A DNA stretch of 46,271 nucleotides from Rhodothermales bacterium (GTDB lineage: Bacteria; Bacteroidota; Rhodothermia; Rhodothermales; VXPQ01): NCBI GenBank assembly GCA_040904565.1, contig JBBDTI010000027.1:1-46271 (forward strand), read 5' to 3'. Shown in pieces: positions 45,894 through 46,271 of this stretch; the stretch's first letter is position 1; every line of letters starts with the position of its first letter. Position numbers and translations under genes: made by a program. Under the pieces are notes generated by a model. That model saw only the letters and a program-made list of their open reading frames with translations. It searched no databases and was not told the DNA's origin.

Positions 45894-46271
45894 TCAGCTG
45901 CTCGTCCCGTTTTTGGCGTATTCGGGTATGCCGTTTCGGTCCGCGCTGCCCTTCGGAACCTTGTAATTCAATTCCTGCAAAGGGGTCTGCAGCACCTCTT
46001 TCAACCGTTTGCTAGGCTTGAAGTGCGTCTTCCGCCGGCTGGGTATGAAGACTGTCTCATTCGTCTTCGGATTTCGAGCCTTCGGCTTCGCCTTCGTCTT
46101 CTTGACCTCGAAGACGCCAAAGTCACGCAGTTCGATCCGAATTTCCGGATCCGCCTCGATCATCATATCTCCGAGGGCGTTGATCACCGCGCTGACCCAG
46201 GGCTCGCTCTTATATATGGGCTCTCCCATTAAATCCGCGACGCGACGTGCTACGTCTTTCTTCGTCAACGT
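45894..46271 (-). CDS. HU/IHF family DNA-binding protein (start probably just outside window)
   Basis: TKKDVARRVA, IELRDFGVFEV, ARNPKTNE.V.IP, HFKPSK. The frame is open to the window edge. Confidence 0.92.
   Translation of the reverse strand, partial: TLTKKDVARRVADLMGEPIYKSEPWVSAVINALGDMMIEADPEIRIELRDFGVFEVKKTKAKPKARNPKTNETVFIPSRRKTHFKPSKRLKEVLQTPLQELNYKVPKGSADRNGIPEYAKNGTSS

Overview
GC-rich bacterial chromosomal window of mostly housekeeping genes. Gene content and style (a flagellin 3' end together with FCB-type genes such as a stand-alone HsdR-N, a CarboxypepD_reg-type TonB receptor and acidic linkers) suggest Rhodothermota; this is an inference. In order it holds: flagellin 3' end; two-lipoyl 2-oxoacid dehydrogenase E2; Na+-type membrane pyrophosphatase; the tRNA-Gln-prs-rplY-pth cluster; racemase; DtxR/MntR regulator; guanine deaminase; HAL2-type nucleotidase; an attEFGH-like ABC/lipocalin operon interrupted by an atypical insert; nitrilase + GNAT; pyrR-pyrB; DUF58; two peptidases; nfu/mrp; prmA; a four-repeat unknown exported protein; an RsbU-V-W-like partner-switching module; menG; pfkA; aat; a biotin carrier; an SDR; an M23 peptidase; and the hup-ruvX-def genes followed by a metal-uptake locus. 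The strongest signal is in that locus. A DUF2946-like exported leader peptide (His-rich, CxxC, C-terminal RAPP) has RAPP codons that are complementary to the Shine-Dalgarno region of the next gene. It sits ahead of a His-bearing lipoprotein, a TonB receptor and Zn-type ZnuACB, and a small histidine-triad protein is encoded convergently. Together this is a candidate zinc-responsive ribosome-stalling switch. Many intergenic regions are built from degenerate tandem duplications of gene-end sequence. No transposase, integrase or CRISPR array was seen. All calls are motif recognition by eye; no database search was run.
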